From contig JASGJH010000001.1 of NCBI GenBank assembly GCA_047601445.1, positions 6,752,001 through 6,816,000 on the forward strand: DNA of 64,000 bases, given 5' to 3'. The notes below the pieces were generated by a model. The model worked only from the letters and a program-made list of their open reading frames with translations, was not told where the DNA came from and did no database searches. This document shows positions 9,002 to 17,944 of this stretch, piece after piece; within the stretch, counting starts at the first letter, position 1, and each line of letters opens with the position of its first letter. The DNA comes from Myxococcales bacterium. GTDB lineage: Bacteria; Myxococcota_A; Polyangia; Polyangiales; DASUME01. The position numbers were made by a program, and so were the translations under genes.

Positions 9002-11146
9002 TCAGTACACATGTCTGAACTCGAGAAAGACCTCGCGCGGGGCGAGGGGAATGTCGTAGCCATAGAAGCCGGGATCCGGTCCGCCGGCCCCGAGTACGTT
9101 GCGAGCGCGCAGCGCGATCCGCGACTCGTGGCCACGAATCAGGTAGAGCTCGCGCGTCGCGAGCGACAGATTGAGCATCGCGTAGGTGGGGAGCGTGTAC
9201 GAGCTGCCGTGCTCGACGATACTCGCGTCACCAGCGCGTCGCGCGCCCACCACCATGCCCTGGGCGGTGAAATCGACCGGGAAAGACGGCACGAACGGCA
9301 ACAGCACGGACACGCCGCCGCGGGCGATCCAGGTGGGATACACCACGTTCTGCGAGCCGATCAGCGTAGCGGCGTAGCCTTCTTGCCCGAGCTCGCGCCG
9401 CGAACGCACCAGATCGAAGCCCGCATAGGAGGTGAAATAGTCGCGGTAGCGCAGGTCCGCCCGGCTCTCCCAGCTCAGCGTGCTTTGACTGGCCACGTTG
9501 AGCGCGGCCTGATTGATGCCCTGGGGCGTGAACTCGGCCTTGTCGACGAGCCAGTTCTGGGAGAGGCCCGTGCTCGCCTCGAACATCTTGCTGGGTCTGT
9601 AGGCGACCTGGCCCTCAACCGTGTGGATGTACTGGGGGCGCAAGCTGCCGTTTCCGATCACGTCGCCAGGTCGCAGCGGAACCGCATACAACAGGTAGGG
9701 CGAGGGAGCCTTGAAGGCGCTTCCGTACAGCAGCTTGACCGTCAGCGAAGACAGCCAGTGCGAGATGGCACCCACGCGGCCACTGAAGACGTCGCCGTAC
9801 TTGCTGTGGCGGTCGTAGCGGCCGCCACCGGTCAGCTTGAGCCACCGCGGGATCGCCTGGTAGTTGGCGCTGAAGTAGGTGCCCACGTTCGTGAACGTGA
9901 TCTCGTTTCGCGTGGCCGGACTGATGGCGGCGGAATCGCCGGTGACGCGGTCGACGCGCCGCGGATCCGGCAAGCGTTCGTGATCCACGAGCACCTCGGT
10001 GCCCAACACCACGCTCAGCGAATCGATCGGGTGGTAGCGCGCCTCGAGCATGGAGTCCGCGCCGCGGTAGTGCTGCTTGCGCTCGACGTAGAACTGGTCG
10101 CTGCCGATCTCGACGCGGTCGGGAGGCAGAACACCGCCCTCGAAGTAGGTGCTTTGCAGCGCGAAATCGAGGGATTTGTTGGCCTGGACCAGCGTGTCCA
10201 AGTTGACGCGGTACTGGCCGAGCGCGATGGTGGTTCCACGCGCCGATCCATCGGGGGCGCGGCCATCGCTGAGCTGTGCCCAGGGAGCGAAGTCGCCGCC
10301 ACGTTCGATGCCGGAGGCATACGCGCTGAGCACGACGTGACCGACACCGTCTACGCGATAGCCGAGCCTGCTCTGCAGGCCCAGAGATCGCCGGCTCAGA
10401 TCACGGCTGCTGCGACGGTTCACATCGGCAGGAACCGTGGTGCCAGGCGAGTCCTTGGGGAGCTTGAGGCCGCTGCGGTCCTTGGCCTCGGCCACCGCGC
10501 CCAGCATCAGGTCGAACTTGCCCCACTTGCCTCCGCCCACCACATCGACCTGGCCACCAGGATGGTCGCCGGTGTAGCCGCCCAGCATGCGCGCGCGCAC
10601 GGGACGCACGGCGTCAGGGGGCTTGGTGATGATATTGACGACACCGAGGAAGGCATCCGCGCCGTAGAGGGCCGAAGCAGGTCCGCGAAGAATCTCGATT
10701 TGCTTGATCGACTCGAGCGGAACGAGCTCGACACCGAGCCAGTTGCCGGAGGTGGAGCGATAGGAGACCGAGCGGCCGTCGATCATCACCTTGAGCACGC
10801 CGCTCTCGGCCCCGGCACCACCCGTCACGCCTCGCACGCCGACGTTGGGCAGCACGTGATCGTCGAGCACGTAGAATCCGAGCGTGTTTTGCAGCACTTC
10901 GGCGACGCTCTGGTAGCCCCAGCGCACGATGTCTTCGTACGTGACCACGGTGATCACGGCCGGCGCATCGTCGATGCTCTCCGAGGTCTTACTCGCGGTG
11001 GAGACCTCCGTGCTGAGCAGTCGGACCAGGTCGAGGTCGTCCGGCGCATGCTCGTCGGCATCCTCGGCGCGAGCGGATAGGCTGGCTCCCAGCACGCCTG
11101 CTCCGAGCGCGAAGGCCAACGTGGTTCGTCTAAGAAATGACTTCAT
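9002..11146 (-). CDS. TonB-dependent outer-membrane receptor
   Basis: Signal peptide from MKSFLRR at 11146. Plug motifs EVSTASK..DAPAVITVVT and IEILRGPASALYGADAFLGVVNIIT; barrel motif YGSAFKAPS; C-terminal NVL...PREVFLEFRHVY. Confidence 0.92.
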   Translation of the reverse strand: MKSFLRRTTLAFALGAGVLGASLSARAEDADEHAPDDLDLVRLLSTEVSTASKTSESIDDAPAVITVVTYEDIVRWGYQSVAEVLQNTLGFYVLDDHVLPNVGVRGVTGGAGAESGVLKVMIDGRSVSYRSTSGNWLGVELVPLESIKQIEILRGPASALYGADAFLGVVNIITKPPDAVRPVRARMLGGYTGDHPGGQVDVVGGGKWGKFDLMLGAVAEAKDRSGLKLPKDSPGTTVPADVNRRSSRDLSRRSLGLQSRLGYRVDGVGHVVLSAYASGIERGGDFAPWAQLSDGRAPDGSARGTTIALGQYRVNLDTLVQANKSLDFALQSTYFEGGVLPPDRVEIGSDQFYVERKQHYRGADSMLEARYHPIDSLSVVLGTEVLVDHERLPDPRRVDRVTGDSAAISPATRNEITFTNVGTYFSANYQAIPRWLKLTGGGRYDRHSKYGDVFSGRVGAISHWLSSLTVKLLYGSAFKAPSPYLLYAVPLRPGDVIGNGSLRPQYIHTVEGQVAYRPSKMFEASTGLSQNWLVDKAEFTPQGINQAALNVASQSTLSWESRADLRYRDYFTSYAGFDLVRSRRELGQEGYAATLIGSQNVVYPTWIARGGVSVLLPFVPSFPVDFTAQGMVVGARRAGDASIVEHGSSYTLPTYAMLNLSLATRELYLIRGHESRIALRARNVLGAGGPDPGFYGYDIPLAPREVFLEFRHVY

Positions 11147-11217
11147 GTACGACCGAGTGGCGCGCACGCGCCTACGCCTCGGCCCATCCCCCATTTAGTA
11201 GCCACTTAGATGATCGC

Positions 11218-11236
11218 GAGTTGCAATCGACAACTC
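11218..11236. promoter_or_regulatory. Inverted repeat, candidate operator upstream of the TBDR operon
   Basis: GAGTTG-CAATCGA-CAACTC in an AT-richer intergenic stretch, about 70 bp upstream of the TBDR start. Confidence 0.3.
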
Positions 11237-11308
11237 AACATGATTCTCGTCCGAGACGCGCGCGGACGTGGTCTGCGGACCTTACTGAGACAACACTCCG
11301 CAACGTCG

Positions 11309-12547
11309 TTATTTGAGAGCTACAAACTGACCGCGCTCGATCGTCCAGAAGCGCGTGTACGCGGCCGACCGACCCCCCGATCGGTCGAGCGCGATCACTC
11401 CGGTCACGCCGGAGTAGTAGACAGCCTTGCCATCGCGCGCATTGGCGATGCCCTTCTGCAGTTCGTCCCACTCGAAGACCACGCCAGATTGCCCCGAGGA
11501 CGACAGCACGTGGTCCCGTACGCTCTGGGCGTCGGGTAGCAACTCGCCCTCGAGGACGGGAGCGGCCTCATAGGCCACGGCGAACAACGCGACGGCGTCG
11601 TAATAGTAGAAAGCGCCCGTGGTCGGCTTGGATCCCTTCCAGCGCTTCACGAAGGCCTCGGTAAAGCCATCCGTACGAGCGCCATCCGGGCTTACGGCGG
11701 GCGCGACGCCGACCATGCCCTCGAGCGCGTCGGTGGAAGCATTGAGCAAGAAACCGGGCTGTTCGAGGGAAGGCGAGAGATACCACTGAAGGTCGTGCTT
11801 GCCGGACTTGAACGAGAAGTCGTTCACGAACTTGCTCGCCGTGGTGGCGTCTGCAGCGAGGACGATGGCGTCCGGTGAGGCGGCCACGACCGCTGCGATC
11901 GCGGCGGAGAAATCGGTGGTCGAGGCGCTGATCTTGGTGGAAGCGGCCACCGAAACGGCGATGGCACCCAGGCGCTCTTCGATGCCGCTCGCGAAGCTCG
12001 CTTCGTACTCTGCGTCGGTGCTGATGATGGCCACGCGCTGGGCGCCGTCCACCTTCATCTTGCGGGCGAGGGCACTGGCGAGATCCTTACTGGAGGGCGC
12101 CAGGCGAAACCACATGTCGAGATCCTGAGAGCTGCCGACGGGGACTGAAGAGGAGCTCGGCGTCAGCAGGGCCACGCCGGCCTCGGAGAGCACGGGAGGA
12201 AGCGCGCGCGCCAACTCGTCACTCTCCGGTCCAATGATGGCGACCACGCCTCGATCCGCGAGCTCCTGTGCACTCGCGAGCCCACGTTCCACGCTGGAGT
12301 GAGTGTCTCCGTAAAGGATTCGAACTGGCTTGTCGTGCAGTCCGCCGGCCGCGTTGATGCGGTCGACCGCCATCAACACGCCGCGCTCGTAGTTTCCGCC
12401 CGCCGAGCCGTCTTTGCCCGTGTAAGGCAGCAAGAGACCGATGCGGATCTCATCGGAATCTTCGTGTTTTGACTCACCACACCCCAGCAACACCAAAGAA
12501 AGCGCAGCAGGGATCGCTGCTCGGCGCAGCGAAACCTTCGTCGTCAT
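11309..12547 (-). CDS. Branched-chain amino acid (Leu/Ile/Val-type) ABC substrate-binding lipoprotein, orphan
   Basis: Lipobox LLGC; IRIGLLLPYTG, MAVDRINAAGG, VAIIGP, WFRLAPS, YYYDAVAL and YSGVTG motifs of type I PBPs. Confidence 0.85.
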   Translation of the reverse strand: MTTKVSLRRAAIPAALSLVLLGCGESKHEDSDEIRIGLLLPYTGKDGSAGGNYERGVLMAVDRINAAGGLHDKPVRILYGDTHSSVERGLASAQELADRGVVAIIGPESDELARALPPVLSEAGVALLTPSSSSVPVGSSQDLDMWFRLAPSSKDLASALARKMKVDGAQRVAIISTDAEYEASFASGIEERLGAIAVSVAASTKISASTTDFSAAIAAVVAASPDAIVLAADATTASKFVNDFSFKSGKHDLQWYLSPSLEQPGFLLNASTDALEGMVGVAPAVSPDGARTDGFTEAFVKRWKGSKPTTGAFYYYDAVALFAVAYEAAPVLEGELLPDAQSVRDHVLSSSGQSGVVFEWDELQKGIANARDGKAVYYSGVTGVIALDRSGGRSAAYTRFWTIERGQFVALK

Positions 12548-12771
12548 GATCTTGTCCCCACCTAAAATCCTATCCCCGGGTCAGGACGATCGTAAATGGC
12601 TTTCGTTCACCCCAATGACCAGCGCGTGATGGGACGGTTTCGCTGTCAGGAGCTGCATTACGCGCCTGCAGTACGCGATGTCTCAGACCGCCTCCGTTGG
12701 TGGGCCGAGCAACATAAGGGGGGCTAGGGTCCTGAGTAAGGTGGTGCAACGGGAGGACAGCCGATCATCAG

Positions 12772-14217
12772 CTACCGCGCTGTTCCAATCGAAGAAGCCA
12801 GCTCGCCCAGCGTGCGCACCGCGTCCGCGATCGGCCGCGACCAGGGAAAGCCGCAGTTGACGCGGATGTAGTTCTTGTAGCGATGTCCTGCGGCGAAGAT
12901 GGGCCCGGGCGCGACGGCGATGCCCCGGCGCGCGGCTTCGGCCCGCAGTTGCAGCGCATCCACGCCGCGCGGCAGCTCCACCCAGAGCAAATAGCCGCCG
13001 CGCGGATCGGACACCGTGGTGCCGACCGGGAAGGAGGCCGCGATGGCCTCGCGAAAGGTCTTCACCTGGCTCGCGAGCTTGCCGCGCAGGGTGCGCAGGT
13101 GTCGGTCGTAGGTGCCGCTGCCGAGGTACTCCGCGACGGCCATCTGCTCCAGCGTCGATGTCGCGACGCTCTGCGAGAACTTGAGCCGCTCGACCCGCGC
13201 CTGGTAGCGCCCTGCCGCGATCCAACCCACGCGATAGCCCGCCGCGATGGTCTTCGAGATCGAGCCGCACAGGAGTACGCGTCCGTTGCGGTCCAGGGAC
13301 TTGATCGGGCTCGGGCGTGAGCCGTCCCATGCGAGGTCGCCGTAGATATCGTCTTCGATCAGCGGGACGTCATGGCGCTCCACCAGCGCGTGCAGCCGCG
13401 CGCGGGACTCCTGGGGCATCAGCGAGCCGTTCGGGTTGTCGAAGGTCGGGATCACCACGCATGCACCCACCTTGGCCTTCTTCAGCACCAGCTGCAGGGC
13501 GTCGAGATCCATACCGTGCTCGGCATGCGAAGGCACCTCGATCACGCGCAGGCTCATCTCTTCGAGCAGCTGGAGGATGCCGAAGTAAGTGGGCGAGGAG
13601 ACCACCACGCTGTCGCCGGGCCGGGTCACGGCGCGCAGCGCGAGGTGCATCGCCTCCATGGCGCCCGAGGTGATCACGAAGTCGTCTTCCCCCAGCGACA
13701 TGCCCCAGGCGAGCGAGCGGCGCGCGAGCTGACGCCGCAGCGTGAGCAGTCCGGGGGGAGGCACGTACTCGGCGCCAGCCGTGCCCATGTCGCGCACGAT
13801 GCCGGCCAGCAGCCGATTGAGCGGACGGATAGCGTACAGCTCGGGCGCGAGGTTCGCCGCGCCGAGCGGAACCACGCTCGGGTCGTACATCGAAGCCATC
13901 AGCCCCGCGACGCCGTCGGACACCGCCACGCGCGCCGGCGCCAGCGTGGGGGGCTTCTGGGCGCGCTGCGGCTGTGGCTTGCGCGCCGGCTCGAGGCGCC
14001 TCACAAAATGCCCCGACTTCGGCCGCGTCTCCACCAGCTCACGCTGCTCGAGCTGCCGGTACGCCGCGAGCACGGTCGCGATGCTCACGTGCCGCTCGCG
14101 CGCGAAGCGACGCAGCGAGGGCAGGCGGTCGCCTGCGCGTAACGCACCGCGGTCGATCAGCGACGCAACATGGGCCGCCACGTCTTCGTACAGGTGTGCC
14201 GGGCTGTTTTCGCTCAT
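12772..14217 (-). CDS. MocR/GabR-family GntR regulator with PLP-dependent aminotransferase domain
   Basis: N-terminal wHTH (GDRLPSLRRFARERHVSIATV..AY); aminotransferase motifs NPNG, IEDDIY, SISKTIAAGYRVGW. Confidence 0.92.
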   Translation of the reverse strand: MSENSPAHLYEDVAAHVASLIDRGALRAGDRLPSLRRFARERHVSIATVLAAYRQLEQRELVETRPKSGHFVRRLEPARKPQPQRAQKPPTLAPARVAVSDGVAGLMASMYDPSVVPLGAANLAPELYAIRPLNRLLAGIVRDMGTAGAEYVPPPGLLTLRRQLARRSLAWGMSLGEDDFVITSGAMEAMHLALRAVTRPGDSVVVSSPTYFGILQLLEEMSLRVIEVPSHAEHGMDLDALQLVLKKAKVGACVVIPTFDNPNGSLMPQESRARLHALVERHDVPLIEDDIYGDLAWDGSRPSPIKSLDRNGRVLLCGSISKTIAAGYRVGWIAAGRYQARVERLKFSQSVATSTLEQMAVAEYLGSGTYDRHLRTLRGKLASQVKTFREAIAASFPVGTTVSDPRGGYLLWVELPRGVDALQLRAEAARRGIAVAPGPIFAAGHRYKNYIRVNCGFPWSRPIADAVRTLGELASSIGTAR

Positions 14218-14252
14218 AACGTGTGCCCAGCCTACGGCGAACGCCCGCCTCC

Positions 14253-14306
14253 GACCAGTACAGATGATAGGACGGTGGACCGGTACAGATGAAATCTGTA
14301 CTGGTC
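14253..14306. promoter_or_regulatory. Putative MocR operator: two direct repeats and one inverted copy
   Basis: GACCAGTACAGATGA (14253-14267), GACCGGTACAGATGA (14278-14292) and inverted ATCTGTACTGGTC (14294-14306), between the divergent MocR and EamA genes. Confidence 0.75.
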
Positions 14307-14351
14307 GACACGAGGGCCAGCTGTGTCTGACGCGCGGCTTACGCTCGGTGC

Positions 14352-15290
14352 ATGGTGTGGACCATGGACTCGCCTTCTTCGACCGCCGTGGCCAGCCCGC
14401 GGGGTCGCTTCGCGTTGCCGGTCTTATCGCTCTCCCCCGGCGTCTTGCTCAGTCTGGCCGCCGTCTACCTGATCTGGAGCTCGACCTACCTCGCGCTTCG
14501 CTTCATGGTCGCAGACCTGCCGCCGCTGCTCACGAGCGGCTTGCGTTATTTGCTTGCGGGACTGCTGCTCTACACCTTCCTGCGCGTGCGGGGCGCCGCT
14601 GCCCCAACGCGCAGGCAGTGGCTGCTTTCCGCGATCACGGGCAACTTGATGTTCTTCGTCGGCAACGGCTTCGTCGCGATCGCGGCGCGAGAAGTTCCCT
14701 CCGGTGTCACGGCCATGGCGGTCGCGTCGATGCCGCTCTTCCTCGCGGCCATGGAGGCGCTGCTCGGCCAGCGTCCGACGCGATTGCAGGGGCTTGGTCT
14801 CGGCCTCGGGATGCTCGGCGTCGTATGGATGAACGCGGGCGAGTTGAGCGTCACACCGGGCGCAGGGGTGTTGCTCATGCTGGCGCCGGTCGGTTGGGCC
14901 ACGGGCTCGCTGCTCGTGCGTCGCGTCGCCCTGCCCACGGGCCCGATGGCCGCAGCTGCGCAGATGATCGCAGGCGGCACGGTGATGGGTCTCTACGGCT
15001 ACGGCGCCGGCGAGCGCATCGTGGCCATGCCATCGACCAGCTCGCTGCTCGCGGTCGTGTACCTGGTGATTTTCGGCTCGATCGTCGGCTTCTCGGCTTG
15101 CATGCACCTCTTGCGCAATACGTCGGCCTCGCTCGCCACGAGCTACGCCTACGTGAACCCCGTGCTCGCGGTGGCACTCGGCGCGCTGGTGGCGGGCGAG
15201 CGCGTGCAGCCCGCCGTGCTCCTGGCGGGTGCGCTGGTGGTCGCAGGCGTCGCGGTGCTCCTCACGAGCGCGGCGCGGCCTAAACCCTGA
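14352..15290 (+). CDS. EamA/DMT drug-metabolite exporter (YedA-like)
   Basis: VYLIWSSTYLA, LPPLL..GLRY, YLVIFGSIVGF and SYAYVNPVLAVALG motifs; about 10 TM segments. Confidence 0.88.
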   Translation: MVWTMDSPSSTAVASPRGRFALPVLSLSPGVLLSLAAVYLIWSSTYLALRFMVADLPPLLTSGLRYLLAGLLLYTFLRVRGAAAPTRRQWLLSAITGNLMFFVGNGFVAIAAREVPSGVTAMAVASMPLFLAAMEALLGQRPTRLQGLGLGLGMLGVVWMNAGELSVTPGAGVLLMLAPVGWATGSLLVRRVALPTGPMAAAAQMIAGGTVMGLYGYGAGERIVAMPSTSSLLAVVYLVIFGSIVGFSACMHLLRNTSASLATSYAYVNPVLAVALGALVAGERVQPAVLLAGALVVAGVAVLLTSAARPKP

Positions 15291-15510
15291 GGCTGGGGAT
15301 CACCCCTGCGCGCGAGGTGCGGGAGCACATCGGAGGCACGTGCAGCGCAAGCGAAGGCTCATGCCCGTCCGGCACCGAGTGCACCTACCACATTCACCCG
15401 GCGGGATGTGGTCTCGGAGTCTGCGCTTCACCGTAAGGGCGGGCCTGAAGCGGAGAGGCGACAAGCCCCAGAGCTTGCAGCACGCCTCAGGCGTTGAGCT
15501 TCAGAGATGC

Positions 15511-16860
15511 TCAGCTCGGCGAGAGCCCGTAGCGCTTCAACTTCGCGTACAGCGAAGAGCGCGCGATCCCGAGTCGCCGCGCCGCGGCCTCGACCTTGCC
15601 GTCCGATTCCTGCAGTGCGAGCACCACACAACGCCGCTCGGCGTCTTCGAGACTGTCGCCGCCGGTCGCCTGCGGTGGATCGCTCGTGGGACTGAAGGCG
15701 GGGCTGAAGCGCAGGGCCTCCACTTCGAGCCGATCTCCGCGGCAGAAGATGAGGGCGCGCTCCAGCACGTTGCGTAGCTCGCGCACGTTGCCCGGCCAGC
15801 GGTAGCGGGTGAGCGCCTGGCTCGCGGCATCCGAGAGCTCGATGCCCGGCTTGCCTTGCTCGGCGCCGATGTTGGCCAGCAGGGAGCGCGCGATGGGGAC
15901 GATGTCCTCCGGACGACTCCTCAGTGGAGGCAGCTCGAAGATGATGGTGTTGATGCGAAAGAGTAGGTCTTCGCGGAAGGTGCCAGCCGCGGTCATGCGC
16001 GGTAGGTCGCGGTGAGTAGCGGCGATCAGGCGTACATCGGCATCGCGCACGTGCACGTCGCCCAGGCGTCGATAGCGCTTCTCTTCGAGCACCTTCAACA
16101 ACTTGGGCTGGACCGTCAGATCGAGATCGCCGACCTCGTCGAGAAAAAGCGTGCCCTCGTGGGCCAGCTCGAGCAGACCGCCCTTGTCCGTGGTCGCTCC
16201 GGTGAAGGTTCCGCGGCGATGCCCAAAGAGCTCCGACTCGGCGAGCTCCTTACTCAAGCCCGCACAGTTCAGGTCCACGTACGCAGCCTGGGCGCGCCTG
16301 CCATTCTCGTGCAGCCAGCGTGCGAGCACGCTCTTGCCGGTGCCGGTCTCGCCCGTGATGAGCACCGGTGCCTGACTGTGCAAGACGGCCCGAGCCAACT
16401 CGGAGACCTCTCGGATCGCGCGGCTCGCTCCAATGAAAGGATCCACACTGGCCTTGGCGCGGCTGCGCTCCGAGGCCGTGAGCTTGCGCTGGGCGCGCCG
16501 CTGCTCGAGCACGCGTCGGAGGAGGGCCAGCATGGCGTCGGTCTGCACGGGCTTCGTGAGGAAATTCTCGGCGCCCGCCTTCATCGCTTCCACGGCCAGC
16601 TCGTACGAAGCAGTGCCCGTGATCACCAGGACCGGGGTCGAGTCGCCGCGCTGTCTGAGCGCGCGCAGAAGGTCGAGCGCCGTTCCGTCGGGCAGTCCGT
16701 GGTCCACCAGCGCAACGTCCGGAGGAGCTTCGCCCATCACGTTGAGCGCCTCACTGATGGAGCTCGCGAGGCGAACCTCATAGCCCTCCATGGTCAGCAG
16801 CTGGCCCATGGTCTCGCGCAGCACATAGTCGTCTTCGACGACGAGCAAGTTGTACTTCAT
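15511..16860 (-). CDS. Sigma54-dependent response regulator (NtrC/AtoC family)
   Basis: REC (LVVEDD, LVDHGLP, KP); AAA+ motifs GETGTGKS, ESELFGH.RGTFTGA, FLDEV, WPGNVREL; C-terminal Fis HTH. Confidence 0.92.
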   Translation of the reverse strand: MKYNLLVVEDDYVLRETMGQLLTMEGYEVRLASSISEALNVMGEAPPDVALVDHGLPDGTALDLLRALRQRGDSTPVLVITGTASYELAVEAMKAGAENFLTKPVQTDAMLALLRRVLEQRRAQRKLTASERSRAKASVDPFIGASRAIREVSELARAVLHSQAPVLITGETGTGKSVLARWLHENGRRAQAAYVDLNCAGLSKELAESELFGHRRGTFTGATTDKGGLLELAHEGTLFLDEVGDLDLTVQPKLLKVLEEKRYRRLGDVHVRDADVRLIAATHRDLPRMTAAGTFREDLLFRINTIIFELPPLRSRPEDIVPIARSLLANIGAEQGKPGIELSDAASQALTRYRWPGNVRELRNVLERALIFCRGDRLEVEALRFSPAFSPTSDPPQATGGDSLEDAERRCVVLALQESDGKVEAAARRLGIARSSLYAKLKRYGLSPS

Positions 16861-17090
16861 CCGACGCGCGCTCCCTCGCTAACACAGACGGAGTTCATTT
16901 GAGGCGGGGTACGACTGTGTGGGCAGGCACGGAACATCATGGCGCGGATGGCGTAGTCCAATCGTTGGACAAGAAGCTGTCCAGTTTTCCGGACTCGCGG
17001 ACGCCGCTCACCCCACGAACCACTACTCCGATTCTCCAATTTCACCCTGAAATTCACATTACCCGATCGCGTCGACGGACTGAACGGCAA

Positions 17091-17106
17091 TTGGTTCACT
17101 CCTTGC
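17091..17106 (+). promoter_or_regulatory. Candidate sigma54 -24/-12 promoter
   Basis: TTGG-TTCACTCC-TTGC with exact GG-N10-GC spacing, next to a divergent sigma54 activator gene. The -24 element deviates from TGGCAC. Confidence 0.4.
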
Positions 17107-17120
17107 GTAGTGCGTCCGCG

Positions 17121-17543
17121 ATGGACAAAACGAGCGACGCCCCAAGGCTCGCATCTCACCGGCCGCCGAAGGTTCTCGTACTCGGTCAGGACAAAGCGAC
17201 GCTCGCGCACACAACGGACATCCTCGAGCGCGCCGGCTTCTTGGCGCTCTGCCAGACCAGCTCGAGCGGCGCCGCGGACTTCGCCATTCGCGAGAAGGTT
17301 GCCGCCGCCGTGATCGACTTTGATGCTCTCGCGCGCAGCGAACGCATCGCGCGCGCGCTCCGCGCCCACGTGTCGCTGGAGACGCTGCCGATCGTGCTGA
17401 TCGCCGGCGCCCTCGAGCAAGCGGAGAGCAGCCTCGACGCGACGACCCTGGAGCGCTCGCTCGTACGGCTCGTGCTGGTGCCTTTGGTGCGCTCGATGAT
17501 CGAACACCGCGTCCGGAATGACGCCTGGGAGCGACGATGCTGA
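17121..17543 (+). CDS. Degenerate (pseudo) receiver-domain protein
   Basis: KVLVLGQD..ILERAGF..AAAVIDFD..LPIVLIAG follows the REC secondary-structure pattern but lacks the acidic pair and conserved Lys; overlaps the next gene. Confidence 0.55.
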   Translation: MDKTSDAPRLASHRPPKVLVLGQDKATLAHTTDILERAGFLALCQTSSSGAADFAIREKVAAAVIDFDALARSERIARALRAHVSLETLPIVLIAGALEQAESSLDATTLERSLVRLVLVPLVRSMIEHRVRNDAWERRC

Positions 17544-17944
17544 AAGAAAAGACCGAAGCGCGGAAAGTCAAAATCCTCGTCATCGACGACGACGAGATCG
17601 CGCTGGAAGCGATCCGCGAGGTCCTGGTGGGGGCGGGCTACGAGCCGGTCTGCATGGGCTCTCCCATCGGCGCCACGCAGGTGATCGTCAGCCAGGGCAT
17701 CGAGGCGGTGGTCGTCGATCTGAACATGCCCGTGATGACGGGGGACCGCTTCATCTCCCTGCTGCGGAGTTGGGACCGCATTCGGACGCTGCCCGCGATC
17801 TTGATCTCCGAATCGACGCAAGAGAGGCTCGAGGATGTGGCAGGACCGCTCGCGCTCGTGCAGACAGTAACCAAGAGCAACATGCGCAAGGCGCTCCCGC
17901 ATGCGCTGCAGCGCGCGCTCGCCAGGGCAGGCAAGCGCACATGA
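17537..17944 (+). CDS. Single-domain response regulator (paralog of 6817..7263)
   Basis: ILVIDDD, SPIGAT, VVDLNMP..GD, ILISE, VTK; ATGA overlap with the kinase gene. Confidence 0.88.
   Translation: MLKEKTEARKVKILVIDDDEIALEAIREVLVGAGYEPVCMGSPIGATQVIVSQGIEAVVVDLNMPVMTGDRFISLLRSWDRIRTLPAILISESTQERLEDVAGPLALVQTVTKSNMRKALPHALQRALARAGKRT

Noticed and set aside
12548..12771. Possible riboswitch in the leader of the amino-acid SBP gene
   Set aside because: I could not identify the conserved core of any riboswitch class by eye; an Rfam search would be needed.
17518..17940. 141-aa N-terminal extension of the kinase in the ORF track
   Set aside because: It overlaps the response regulator in another frame and is low-complexity; ATG 17941 with an ATGA overlap is the more plausible start.
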